Positions 27,602-36,765 of a stretch of 64,000 bases of DNA are shown in pieces. A program made the position numbers and the translations under genes. The DNA comes from a virus (lineage: Duplodnaviria; Heunggongvirae; Uroviricota; Caudoviricetes): IMG/VR virus record IMGVR_UViG_3300009594_000001; one strand, written 5' to 3'. The first letter of the stretch is position 1. Every line of letters starts with the position of its first letter. Below the pieces are notes generated by a model. The model searched no databases, was not told where the DNA came from, and saw nothing but the letters and a program-made list of their open reading frames with translations.

Positions 27602-27904
27602 GTGAATGAAATGAGTGAAGTACAAGACATATCGGTGAAGGCGAAAGGGGTCGAAGTCACCGATAGGCCGGAAGTTTTGGAGTGGCACAGTCAATTTTAT
27701 TTTGTCGCTGCCGCTCGAAAAGATGGATCGGCACCCGGCCTTGAGAAAGCTGTAGAGGCGAAGTTTTTCCTCGATCCAGACGAAGCCGAGATGTTCCGGC
27801 GAACCGTCAGCGAGGAATACGATTACCAATACAGAGTGTTTGAAGGCGTTGCGGTGATTCAGCGGTTCCAGAACCGAGGAGACACAAGCAAGGTAGAAGA
27901 GTGA
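27602..27904 (+). CDS. hypothetical protein (100 aa)
   Basis: ORF. Confidence 0.4.
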   Translation: MNEMSEVQDISVKAKGVEVTDRPEVLEWHSQFYFVAAARKDGSAPGLEKAVEAKFFLDPDEAEMFRRTVSEEYDYQYRVFEGVAVIQRFQNRGDTSKVEE

Positions 27905-27908
27905 AGGA

Positions 27909-27977
27909 TGCCCTCTGGTGTAATGGCAGCACATCTGACTTTGGATCAGATAGTTCACGTTCGAGTTGTGGGAGGGC
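27909..27977 (+). tRNA. tRNA-Gln(TTG)
   Basis: Acceptor gccctct/ggagggc; D-arm gtgtaatggcagcaca; AC tctga-ctTTGga-tcaga; T cacg-ttcgagt-tgtg. Confidence 0.55.
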
Positions 27978-28115
27978 AGCTTGCAAAGAGCGGATAGTAA
28001 CGATGGCATGGGTGAACTGTCACCAGATATTACTCCCAAAAGGCCCGCTCCGAGTCGGGGAAGTGGATTACCAGCCCTGGTGCCTTAGCCCCGATGGGTG
28101 TGACCGAGGGTAGAT

Positions 28116-28196
28116 GCTGGGTATGCTAAACGGTGTTATAGTTGCCGGTTGTAGCCTCTATCCGGTTGTGTTGGTTCAACTCCAACCACGCCCACT
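28116..28196 (+). ncRNA. tRNA-like element (T-arm gttgg-ttcaact-ccaac; anticodon arm unresolved)
   Basis: Acceptor-like tgggtat/acgccca pairing; the ccgg...ccgg stem encloses a 13-nt loop. Confidence 0.3.
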
Positions 28197-28276
28197 ATGG
28201 AAATCTTTTTCGTCATTTGCGTAATTGGTTTGTTTTGTTGGATAGTTGTCGTTGCAGCCGAGATTTTGACATGAAA

Positions 28277-28346
28277 TGGCCCGTTCGCTGGATGCGGAGT
28301 CCGGTCTTCTAAACCAGACGGGAGAGGTTCGATTCCTCTACGGGCT
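28277..28346 (+). tRNA. tRNA-Arg(TCT)
   Basis: Acceptor ggcccgt/acgggct; AC ccggt-ctTCTaa-accag (one mismatch); T agagg-ttcgatt-cctct. Confidence 0.5.
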
Positions 28347-28535
28347 ACTTGCGGGCCGTGAGTGTGACGGAAGCACGCAACGCTTCGGACGTTGAAGAAA
28401 GGGTTGGCGTGTCTGGGTCTGTTAGGTGTCATCATCTGGCAGGCTAATCACTGGTATCAGGCAAGGCACACGCTTTGCCCGACTAGCAACATGTACTGCT
28501 GTCCGAAATGCGGCTGGGACGCATATGTGTAGTTA

Positions 28536-28606
28536 TTGACCCCTAGTGTAACGGTAGCACAAGTGACTCTGGATCACTTAGTCAAGGTCCGAATCCTTGG
28601 GGGTCA
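28536..28606 (+). tRNA. tRNA-Gln(CTG)
   Basis: Acceptor tgacccc/ggggtca; AC agtga-ctCTGga-tcact; T caagg-tccgaat-ccttg. Confidence 0.55.
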
Positions 28607-28608
28607 GC

Positions 28609-28723
28609 TTGGGACATAGTGTAAGCGAGAAGCTGTCGTTGTGTATGATTCTAGATGAAAGCAACGGCTGGTAGCACGAGTCTATACGAAGGGCTTAGTT
28701 TGGGTTCGAGTCCCAATGTCCCA
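28609..28723 (+). ncRNA. 115-nt tRNA-like element with ~40-nt insertion in the D region
   Basis: Perfect acceptor tgggaca/tgtccca and T-arm ttggg-ttcgagt-cccaa. The D-loop motif ggtagcac is displaced by an extra segment; no clear anticodon arm. Confidence 0.35.
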
Positions 28724-28730
28724 ACTTAGA

Positions 28731-28803
28731 TGGTGTGGGTAGCTTAATGGCAAAGCATCTGCTTGTGAGGTAGAAAGATGCCGGTTCGAGTCCGGTCCCA
28801 CAC
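28731..28803 (+). tRNA. tRNA-His(GTG)
   Basis: G-1 present; acceptor gtgtggg/cccacac; D gctt/aagc; AC tctgc-ttGTGag-gtaga; T gccgg-ttcgagt-ccggt. Confidence 0.6.
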
Positions 28804-28993
28804 CCTTATGAAACTGCAAGAAATGAGACATCTATTTAAGGAGTTCGGAAGGACGCTCGGCAAACATCCTGACGAGTGGTGGGGTTTTGAGCAGGCGGTA
28901 TGGCATGAATTGTCGAAAAAGTTTACCATATGGTTAAGCAAGAACCGGGACGAGCTAGAAAAGCTCCGAGAGAAGGACAAGTACGTTGTATAA

Positions 28994-29065
28994 GGCCATG
29001 TAGCCAAGTGGTAAGGCATGGGTCTGCAAAATCCATCATCGTGGGTTCGACCCCCACCGTGGTTT
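28994..29065 (+). tRNA. tRNA-Cys(GCA)
   Basis: AC tgggt-ctGCAaa-atcca; T gtggg-ttcgacc-cccac; acceptor ggccatg/cgtggtt with three G-U pairs. Confidence 0.55.
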
Positions 29066-29126
29066 CTAGAGACGCTAACAGCATTTTCTAACAACCTTCC
29101 AAGTTGACGAAATAGCGTCTCGTTTT

Positions 29127-29204
29127 GTCGATGGAGGCGAAAGCATCGGGGCGGTGCATTGGTCTGCAAAACCAACGCCAAGTGGTTCAACTCTACCCAT
29201 CGAC
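29127..29204 (+). tRNA. tRNA-Cys(GCA)-like with an extra GNRA mini-hairpin between acceptor and D-arm
   Basis: Perfect acceptor gtcgatg/catcgac; AC ttggt-ctGCAaa-accaa; extra gcgaaagc segment; short T-stem. Confidence 0.45.
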
Positions 29205-29226
29205 TTTTCATTTTAGGAGACCGATC

Positions 29227-29400
29227 ATGTGGGGCGTAAACAAGAAGGCGATCCTAGTTGAGACAAGCGATTACTACAGCGAGGACGATACGCCTTCGGT
29301 CTGTACTACGGTGATCGAGTCGCTATCCGATTTGGCGACCTGCCTGGGTAATGACTTGGCGGGAGATCATCATGCGATGGAGGCCCTGCTGAAGAACTAG
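29227..29400 (+). CDS. hypothetical small protein (57 aa)
   Basis: RBS aggag 7 nt upstream of ATG 29227; the track ORF 29125..29400 overlaps the tRNA. Confidence 0.4.
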   Translation: MWGVNKKAILVETSDYYSEDDTPSVCTTVIESLSDLATCLGNDLAGDHHAMEALLKN

Positions 29401-29451
29401 CACTTCCTCAAGGCCCTGGACCAACGTGGTTTTCGTGACGTAGAGAAGATC

Positions 29452-29760
29452 GTGTCTGCCGTTGAGAAGGTGAAGGCCGGAACTAGGTTCTTCATGTACA
29501 ACGGCGAGAGCTACCCTTCGATTCGTGAGATCGACATCTTCAACAAGGACCGCTATGTTGCTGAACAGCTTGCGGACGTGGAGAAGTCCTCGCTCAAGGA
29601 GATCAATGGGACGGCATATCGATACGTGCTGGCCGCTCGCAAGAGAATCGATGCTGCGAGCAAGGCAAGAGCAGCCAAGGCGAAGAATTGCCAAAAGAAG
29701 CTTAAGAAAAAGGAACTAGAGAAGGCCAGAGAGTTATTGAAGGAAGCTGGTGAGTTATGA
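29452..29760 (+). CDS. hypothetical protein (102 aa), Lys/Ala-rich C-terminus
   Basis: ORF. Confidence 0.4.
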   Translation: MSAVEKVKAGTRFFMYNGESYPSIREIDIFNKDRYVAEQLADVEKSSLKEINGTAYRYVLAARKRIDAASKARAAKAKNCQKKLKKKELEKARELLKEAGEL

Positions 29761-30302
29761 ATGACAAGTTGACTATGACCGAACTAGAACAGAAAGAGGC
29801 CAGACTTCAGGAGCTATACAACCTATCTGACAAAATCAACGAAGAAGTGACCGAACTCAATCAACAGCTTTACAGCCTAAGATTGAAGAGGTTGCTTGAG
29901 ACCGATTTGCTGAGTCGCATTGATTGGCTCTATACTTACGATCTAGCTCTCAGAGGCGAAGAGGCTGCTGGGATTGGCGATTTGCTCAAGCCGTGGGGCT
30001 ACCACGACCGATTTGAGGGCGAAGAGTGGAGTCTGAGTTTTGACGATGGCGAGATCAGGCTGGGATTCGGCGAGGCAGAATTCATGGCTGACTTCATCAA
30101 GGCCCAGAAACTCAAGGTGAATTTTAAGGGTTTGCAGAGCGAACTGAAGCAGAAGGAGACCGAGTACCATAAGGTGAAGGAACTTGCCGAAACGCTCGGA
30201 ATACTCGATGGCAAAGAAGATAACGAAGCAGCAGGAAATTCGCCACGAGGAGCAGTACGTCGAGTTCCTGCGGAAGCGTCTTGGGTCATAGATAAATCAT
30301 GA
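29757..30302 (+). CDS. hypothetical protein (181 aa), coiled-coil N-terminus
   Basis: ORF; start overlaps the previous stop (ATGA). Confidence 0.45.
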   Translation: MNDKLTMTELEQKEARLQELYNLSDKINEEVTELNQQLYSLRLKRLLETDLLSRIDWLYTYDLALRGEEAAGIGDLLKPWGYHDRFEGEEWSLSFDDGEIRLGFGEAEFMADFIKAQKLKVNFKGLQSELKQKETEYHKVKELAETLGILDGKEDNEAAGNSPRGAVRRVPAEASWVIDKS

Positions 30303-30871
30303 CCCGCACGCAGTTCTTGATCCAGCTAATTAACGACCGGAAGCTGAAGCGATTCGCTGAGATCGGTGTCTATAAAGGGAAGACGTGTAGGACGATCTTG
30401 AAAAACTGCCCTTCCCTCGAAATCTATTGGGCGGTCGATTCCTGGCTCGAATATACAAAACTTGGTTTCGAGAACCCGACCTTCAAGCAGGGTTTGTTGA
30501 CCCAAGAACAATGGGACCAAATGTATATCCGCAACTGCCTGGATATGCATTACTTCCCCGCCTTGAAGGTTTTTCGGGGAACCTTGCTTCAGGTGGCATG
30601 GTTGTTCAGAGGGAGGCCCAATTTTGATTTCATCTACATCGATGGCTTGCACGATAAAGAATCTGTGCTAGCCGACATTGCGGCCTGGAAGCCACTGGTG
30701 GTAGAAGGGGGCTTGCTAGGCGGGCATGATTATGGTAAAGGACACAGGAAGGGGCATCGTGTCGCCGAGGCGGTCAATGAGGCTTTTACAAAGGAACAGA
30801 TCAATCTAGGGCCGGACGGCGTTTGGTATGTATTCATCGGTAGCTCAACCGACAGAGCAGCAGACTCTTAA
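30299..30871 (+). CDS. class I SAM-dependent methyltransferase (TylF/MycF-like)
   Basis: FAEIGVYKGKT (GxG-like) and YIDGLHDKESVLADIAAWKPLVVEGGLLGGHDY. The 3' end overlaps tRNA-Lys. Confidence 0.6.
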   Translation: MTRTQFLIQLINDRKLKRFAEIGVYKGKTCRTILKNCPSLEIYWAVDSWLEYTKLGFENPTFKQGLLTQEQWDQMYIRNCLDMHYFPALKVFRGTLLQVAWLFRGRPNFDFIYIDGLHDKESVLADIAAWKPLVVEGGLLGGHDYGKGHRKGHRVAEAVNEAFTKEQINLGPDGVWYVFIGSSTDRAADS

Positions 30872-30906
30872 TCTGAAGGTTGTGGGTTCGACTCCCACTC
30901 GATGGA
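30834..30906 (+). tRNA. tRNA-Lys(CTT)
   Basis: D gctc/gagc; AC caga-ctCTTaa-tctg; T gtggg-ttcgact-cccac; acceptor tcatcgg/tcgatgg. Confidence 0.6.
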
Positions 30907-31263
30907 CTGTGAATAGAGATTTTTGGAGTCCTATCATACTTCTCTTCTTCTCGCTCGTTGTCGGGCTGGTTGGGTTCTTACTTTTGCTAGTAGGGTATGT
31001 TTATTTTGGAATCTGAGCCGGGCCAACATCTCTACGTCATCTCTGACTTCTGGGCTTGCGAAGAACGAGAACGGTTCTCTTGGGACCATGCGATTCACTT
31101 TCCTCTTGGTAGTGAAGTGATCTATTGTGACATTGTTCTCGCTGGCAGAGACTTCTACGACCGGCAGCCCATCGAGAAATGGTGTGTGCTTTTTGAGTTT
31201 GATGGGAAGAGGTTCAAAGCAGTGGCTTCTTGTTTCATCTCTGAGTCTATTTGGCGTCAATTA

Positions 31264-31893
31264 CTACATCATTTTAGTCTTATCACCAGCGGACATCGGG
31301 ACTTGGCCTCTCCTTCTCATGATCTCGTCTTGAACTAGTTTCATCTTAGCTTTGTCGCCTTCGGCCTTGTCAGGGGTCGGTGCGGCTGGTGCAGCACCAC
31401 CTTTTCTTAGGCCCATCAAACGCTGCCACCAATTACCCCCCTTCTTCGGCTCCTTTGGTAGCCATCCCTTCTCTCTACCTACCTTGCCTGCCCTTATTAC
31501 TGCTGCTACTGGCGAAGTAATTGCCTGAGTTACTCCAGTCCCGATATCTTGCAACCCGCTTAGTCCTTGGCGACCGGCCCATCTCAAAGCCGAATCATCT
31601 CCTGTAATGGCCTTGTTCGCCATTCCGTACAAGCTGCCTCCCGCACCCGCTGCCAGTCTAGCTCCTCCACCGAGTGCTCTAAGGGTGCCGCCGATGAGGT
31701 TTCTTCCGAGATTAACCCCGCCAGAGGCCATGCCTTTCAACATGTCATATAATCCCTCGTCTAGATTCATGCCGTTGTCCTTGAAGAACTCAACAATTTC
31801 CTCGTGAGTTGCACCGTGATCGGCTAGTTCCAGGTAGACCTGACAGTATTGGTCTTGCTTCTGTGCGTATTCTGAAAAACTGTGTATACTCAT
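31264..31893 (-). CDS. Gly/Ala-rich hypothetical protein (209 aa)
   Basis: ORF on the minus strand. Confidence 0.45.
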   Translation of the reverse strand: MSIHSFSEYAQKQDQYCQVYLELADHGATHEEIVEFFKDNGMNLDEGLYDMLKGMASGGVNLGRNLIGGTLRALGGGARLAAGAGGSLYGMANKAITGDDSALRWAGRQGLSGLQDIGTGVTQAITSPVAAVIRAGKVGREKGWLPKEPKKGGNWWQRLMGLRKGGAAPAAPTPDKAEGDKAKMKLVQDEIMRRRGQVPMSAGDKTKMM

Positions 31894-32027
31894 GCCTTTC
31901 CTCCGTGAGTTATCTATGGTTGGAATTGATCTTTTGCAGTCAGTTTGCTAATATCCTTTTATAGAGAATGTAGACCCGTTTGCCTTTTTGATCCTGATCT
32001 ACATCGGCTGCTTGGTACTGGCGGCTA

Positions 32028-32456
32028 TTGTGGCAGCCATTTACAAAAAGTTCTTCAAAAAAGACCCTCCAGACTGGCAAATTTGACATGGAGCTAAACA
32101 GCACTTACTGGCACCAGAGACAGAATCCTATGCCTAAGAACGTCGAGCAATTTCTGTGGGAGATATTGGTCTCAACCGTAAAGAACGGCAAATCTATCAG
32201 GACTAGATACCATCGGGTTTGGGATGCGAAGGTTCGTGAAATCAGCAAAGGACTAACTATATTGACACCAGCCAGGGGTCAGTGGATCAATCCAGATGGC
32301 GAGCTTTTCGTTGAGCGGATGATCCCTGTGAGGATCGCCTGTACTGCCGAGGAAATCGAACAGATCGCCGACATGATCGCTGTGTACTATAAGCAGAAAT
32401 CGGTCATGTACTACAAGCTTAGTGATGGTGTGGTAATCAAGCACTATGACACCTGA
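32028..32456 (+). CDS. hypothetical protein (142 aa)
   Basis: ORF. Confidence 0.4.
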   Translation: MWQPFTKSSSKKTLQTGKFDMELNSTYWHQRQNPMPKNVEQFLWEILVSTVKNGKSIRTRYHRVWDAKVREISKGLTILTPARGQWINPDGELFVERMIPVRIACTAEEIEQIADMIAVYYKQKSVMYYKLSDGVVIKHYDT

Positions 32457-32624
32457 CGAAATCGATTCGCTGGTCAAAGAGAATGAGCGACTCAAGCAAG
32501 AGAATGCATCACTCAAATCTCAAATTGCTTCTCTTCGTAAGCAATTGGAATCACACCAGAGATACATTTCACAGCGAAGGCGTCTAGAAGACGACTATCT
32601 GCCATACGAGGATGATCCGTATAG

Positions 32625-32984
32625 ATGATCCGTATTGCGTCAGGTCGTCTTTTGTTGTATTATTCCGGCATGAAAAAATGTTTACTCTGCCGTAATTCTA
32701 TGGAGGAAGATCAGCACGGTTTTTTCACAGGCGGTACACTTTATGCCAATTTCGGCTATCACAGTCGGTTTGATGACTGTCCAGGGCTTCCGCCCCCTGG
32801 TGTAAATGTTACTCCTCCAGAACGGCTTTCGATGTGCCGTGAGGTTGTCGCATACATCTGTAACGACTGTTTTGAAAAGAATTATGAACTTTTCGAGGGG
32901 TATGATATTATCTTCACACGACCAAAACGAGTATTGGAGTTCACTGGTGGCGAACTACTCGATAAAGAGCAACTCTCATCATGA
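32625..32984 (+). CDS. zinc-ribbon hypothetical protein
   Basis: CLLCRN...CNDCFEKN cysteine pairs; overlaps 32806..33330 out of frame. Confidence 0.35.
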   Translation: MIRIASGRLLLYYSGMKKCLLCRNSMEEDQHGFFTGGTLYANFGYHSRFDDCPGLPPPGVNVTPPERLSMCREVVAYICNDCFEKNYELFEGYDIIFTRPKRVLEFTGGELLDKEQLSS

Positions 32985-33330
32985 AGTAAGACTATACATC
33001 GGGTCTAGAGAACATTACAATGGGCAGCGTTTTGGGCGAGACGAGCTAATCGCAGCCGTGACCGAGTTCCAACGTCAAAACACATTGGAATTGGCTGGAC
33101 CTCTCAGGTTCACTCCGACTTGCTATGTCTGGGATGACTATATTGAGGACGGTTGGGAAATAGCGATCATTAACTACCCCCGCTACCCCAAGCCCGAAGC
33201 AGTCCTCAATTCTTTTATGCTGAGGTTGGCGGATTACCTGTTGTACCGTTTCAGGCAAAACAGGATTTCTGTAGTTTTCCCCAATGAGATTGTCATGCTA
33301 CAGTCGCATGATGCACAGGAGAGGAGTTGA
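32806..33330 (+). CDS. hypothetical protein (174 aa)
   Basis: ORF; the 5' part overlaps the previous ORF. Confidence 0.35.
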   Translation: MLLLQNGFRCAVRLSHTSVTTVLKRIMNFSRGMILSSHDQNEYWSSLVANYSIKSNSHHEVRLYIGSREHYNGQRFGRDELIAAVTEFQRQNTLELAGPLRFTPTCYVWDDYIEDGWEIAIINYPRYPKPEAVLNSFMLRLADYLLYRFRQNRISVVFPNEIVMLQSHDAQERS

Positions 33331-33501
33331 GTGATGTTCTGGGCCGGACTCGTCGTTGGCATTTCACCGCCGCACGATGACAATCAAGGGGTGCCACGAA
33401 ACCTTTAAGATATATCCCTTATATAATGGTGGTGAGTGGAAGTAGGATTTCCATTTCCCATAAAAGGAACTGCAAGTATTGCAAAGACCGTCCCTGATGC
33501 G

Positions 33502-33580
33502 GGTGTAACTCAGTGGTAGAGTGCCATATGATGCGGATATTTGCCCTCGGTTCTAGATGGAGCATACCTCAGAAGGTTTT
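33502..33580 (+). ncRNA. tRNA fragment / pseudo-tRNA (5' half gcgggtgtaactcagtggtagagtgcc)
   Basis: Canonical acceptor and D-arm, degenerate anticodon and T arms, no matching 3' acceptor. Confidence 0.3.
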
Positions 33581-33716
33581 CGATCCTTCTGAACGAGGTA
33601 TCGGTGTCTAGATACCTCAAAAATAGTCTATACGTTCCCTTCTATCACCTTCTCTTGGATCGCCTGAATTCAGACTTTTTGGTGTTGATAAATGCCTTTG
33701 TTTCATATATAGTTCC

Positions 33717-33878
33717 ATGAAGCTCAAGAAGTTTGCAGAGTGGGTCTCTCTGCGAGAATCAAAGAAGAAACCCCACACTTGTTGCGAGTGTTGCAAATCC
33801 TGTCCTTGCGGCGAAGAATGCAAATGCTGCCAGGAAGGGAAGTGTTGCCCTTGCTGTAAGTGTTGCGATGAAGAGTAG
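33717..33878 (+). CDS. cysteine-rich metallothionein-like small protein (53 aa, 16 Cys)
   Basis: MKLKKFAEWVSLRESKKKPHTCCECCKSCPCGEECKCCQEGKCCPCCKCCDEE; below the ORF-track length cutoff. Confidence 0.45.
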   Translation: MKLKKFAEWVSLRESKKKPHTCCECCKSCPCGEECKCCQEGKCCPCCKCCDEE

Positions 33879-33880
33879 TC

Positions 33881-34255
33881 ATGTATTCCATCACCCAACT
33901 GAACAACGGCAAATGGTATTGTGAGGTCAGGATTCAGGATGGGACTGAAAGATGGGAAAAAGACACTCGTGAGGAGACTGTTAGATCAGTCATCTCCGGT
34001 GCCAGGGTACTTAACGGGTCTTACATTCGAGAGGACGATATATCCTTTCATATACAACCGCCAAAGATGCCGGTTGTAACTCAGGCGGGCGTCCCTATCT
34101 TCGAGGCGGATGAGAAGCTCTTGCTAGAGATCAAGCGTGGTGCTAAAAAGGTTCTAGATTTTGATCATTATCTTGTGAAGTATCGTATTACACAAGATGA
34201 GGCCGATTTGATTGTCGATATCAGAGAAGGCAAAGCCAGAGTGATGAGAGGCTAG
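33881..34255 (+). CDS. hypothetical protein (124 aa)
   Basis: ORF. Confidence 0.45.
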   Translation: MYSITQLNNGKWYCEVRIQDGTERWEKDTREETVRSVISGARVLNGSYIREDDISFHIQPPKMPVVTQAGVPIFEADEKLLLEIKRGAKKVLDFDHYLVKYRITQDEADLIVDIREGKARVMRG

Positions 34256-34256
34256 A

Positions 34257-35066
34257 ATGTCCACAGAACCATTCAATGTCAAAGTCTGGACTCTTCACAC
34301 CCATGCTTCCCGTATTGAGAAAGCCGAGAAGACACTAGCTGGTACAGCTAACGCTGGCGGCGTCAAGTGGTGTGGGCCATTTACTTACGCCAACGCTGCC
34401 GGGTGGTGGTTATATCCTCCCATCGACATTGATATTTTGTGGCGAGGCGGCAAGGAATTCGAGCATCGCCTTCTATTGCCTTGGGATAACGAAGAGGAAC
34501 TTCTGATTTCTAGTTTACTTCGTCCAGAAGACCAAGCTGATATTTCCAAATTCTGTCTTGGCGGCAGAACAAAATTCACCTGGGGGGCCGTTGAGGAAGG
34601 CGTCGTACAGATGTGGACTGGCTGTATTTTCGAGACTCCTCCTGGTTGGGGTTTGCATATTCGGAGTCCGATCAATTGCCCAACACAACCCTATCACATC
34701 ATGGAAGGTATACTAGAAACCGATTGGCTACAATATGACATTTGGACCAATCTAGTTTTCGACCGGGCAGATGAGTGGGTTCACTTGCGACGAGACCAAT
34801 GGCCTCCTTTGGCTCATATTGTGCCGATCAAGAGGGAGAGCTATAATGAGTCGTGGGAGTTTTCGGTAGAGCAGGTAAACCGAGATACGCCGGAAGCAAA
34901 CCGGGTGTTCGAGTATTACGTGGAGTACAACATGAAGAAGTTTGGGCATGGTGGCAAGCAGGCTTTGTCAACGACCGATCTGAACTTGACGAAAGACTCG
35001 ACTACTTACATGAGGGAACGCAAGAAATTCTTGAAGTGTCCCTACTCTTCTGATTCGGATGACTAA
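34257..35066 (+). CDS. hypothetical protein (269 aa)
   Basis: ORF. Confidence 0.5.
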   Translation: MSTEPFNVKVWTLHTHASRIEKAEKTLAGTANAGGVKWCGPFTYANAAGWWLYPPIDIDILWRGGKEFEHRLLLPWDNEEELLISSLLRPEDQADISKFCLGGRTKFTWGAVEEGVVQMWTGCIFETPPGWGLHIRSPINCPTQPYHIMEGILETDWLQYDIWTNLVFDRADEWVHLRRDQWPPLAHIVPIKRESYNESWEFSVEQVNRDTPEANRVFEYYVEYNMKKFGHGGKQALSTTDLNLTKDSTTYMRERKKFLKCPYSSDSDD

Positions 35067-35103
35067 GCGTTGTTGTAGCTGCATTGGCACGATGTAGATG
35101 AAT

Positions 35104-35174
35104 GCGGGTTTGGTGTAGTGGAAACACGACAGCCTTCCAAGCTGTAGTCACCGGATCATGTCCGGTAGCCCGCT
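35104..35174 (+). tRNA. tRNA-Gly(TCC)
   Basis: Acceptor gcgggtt/agcccgc; AC acagc-ctTCCaa-gctgt; T accgg-atcatgt-ccggt (atypical loop). Confidence 0.5.
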
Positions 35175-36078
35175 CTGCACATGTGCGGGGTTAGCCATGA
35201 GCTTCCTGCGAGGCCCCGTTAGTTTCGATCACGGCTTTCTCCTGCTTTCTTAAACCCGCCAAAATCGGCGAGCCTAAATAGATGGTCTTTCAACCATCAA
35301 AAAGTAATTAAACTTCACTCCCTACGAGCAGTTCTTGTAGGAAGATTTCGCCCAAGAGATTTTCACCCTTGTATCGAATAGTGCCAGCAAACTCTTTGAG
35401 GTCTGCCAGTCTAACCCGGCTGGAAAACAAAACAATTGTCAAAATCTTTGGGAATGGTTGAATTACTTGAAAAATTATGTAGATGTTTATATTCGATTAA
35501 ACGAGGCAAAGTGATCCGAGTCATACATGGCGAAATATGGAACGAAGATTTCACGCAACTGAACGATCTAATCAGAGATTTCCAGTCTTCAAACACTGTT
35601 TGCCTCTGATGTTCTGGTAACTGGCTCAGAATTTCTAATTCTTGTGGCAATGCTAAATTTGTCCAATCTTCGTTCAATCAGACTGTTGTGTACAATTCGG
35701 TATTTCTCCTGAATTTCCTTCGCTTTCAGTAACATCTTTCACCAATTCATTTCACCAATTCATTCTTAACATTGGTGAACCAACGCATAAAGTCGTCCTT
35801 GTCTGGTAGTTCCTCGAAAGGTTCGTCAAACACTATCTTCTCTCCGTTGAGAATGGCGTATTCTTTAGTCAGTTCGCTCACTTCTACCTCTAGTAGTCAT
35901 AATCGCTCCATTCTTGAAAAACTTTACCTGATTTTGGTGGATTTTCTTGGATTTAGGCAAGTTTATGGGAAACTGCTAAACCTCGTGCAAGGTCCAAGTG
36001 TCTAGCCTCTGAAACCCGCCCAGGTCGGTTACTACGCTAATTCCAAAGGGCCAGCGTGCTTAGGCGAAAAAGGCATAG

Positions 36079-36462
36079 GTTGTTTGTCGGTTAGAAAAAG
36101 ACGCTTCGGAGTTCTATAGGAAGGGAAAGTGGCTTCAATCTCGATGTAAAACTTGCAAAAGGAAGGCGAATCACCTTCATTACATCGAGAATAAAGACTG
36201 CTATCTTGCCAAGAACGCCGAGTTCAAAGCCAAGAGGATAGTTGCACTAGGTAGAATCAAGGAAGAACAAGGTTGCCGTCTATGTCCAGAAAAGATGGCG
36301 TGCAGTGTGGACTTCCACCATCTAGAAAGCGAAGAGAAGGAGTTTGGCATAGCCAACGGCTACACGCTTTCGTGGAAGAAGATTCTTGCAGAGATTGACA
36401 AGTATGTTGTTCTTTGTAAGAATTGTCATGCGAAGGTACATGCTGGTTTGTTGTGGGTTTAG
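36079..36462 (+). CDS. HNH endonuclease (no canonical start codon before the first CxxC)
   Basis: CKTCKRK...DFHHLESEE...VVLCKNCHAKVH; paralog of 42494..42850; the 3' end overlaps tRNA-Gly(CCC). Confidence 0.4.
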   Translation, partial: VVCRLEKDASEFYRKGKWLQSRCKTCKRKANHLHYIENKDCYLAKNAEFKAKRIVALGRIKEEQGCRLCPEKMACSVDFHHLESEEKEFGIANGYTLSWKKILAEIDKYVVLCKNCHAKVHAGLLWV

Positions 36463-36523
36463 TTCAATGGTAGAACGGAACATTCCCAATGTTCAGGTAC
36501 GGGTTCGATTCCCGTATCCCGCT
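36453..36523 (+). tRNA. tRNA-Gly(CCC)
   Basis: D gttc/gaac; AC gaaca-ttCCCaa-tgttc; T acggg-ttcgatt-cccgt; acceptor gtgggtt/atcccgc with one mismatch. Confidence 0.6.
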
Positions 36524-36765
36524 TTTGGGGCGGCTCCCTTGCAAGGTGAAATTGCGAAACTGGTCAGGCCGGAAGGTGTAGCCATAAACAGCGTGCCAAT
36601 GATGATTGTTGGGGGTCTGCTAATAGTCGAGGAGATGATCCGAGACTATTGCCCAACGCAGCCTGCCTCTTTGGTTACAAAGATCGGGCTGGTAGCTGTC
36701 TTTGTTGGCATGTGTTTGTTTTGATAGACCTCTAACCAACAAGGTGATTAAGATGTTGTGCTGAC

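Larger units (their letters stand above)
24583..27620 (+). mobile_element. IS607-like element (tnpA interrupted by a homing endonuclease, tnpB, probable right-end/omega-RNA region)
   Basis: Gene order HTH/serine recombinase then TnpB; boundaries not defined from sequence. Confidence 0.5.

Noticed and set aside
28136-29211. Minus-strand ORFs 28136..28435 and 28744..29211 and plus-strand ORF 28778..28993 in the second tRNA cluster
   Set aside because: They overlap several well-formed tRNA genes and have no coding signal.
36386-36724. 112-aa plus-strand ORF
   Set aside because: It reads straight through tRNA-Gly(CCC) (36453..36523) in another frame and is hydrophobic low-complexity; spurious.
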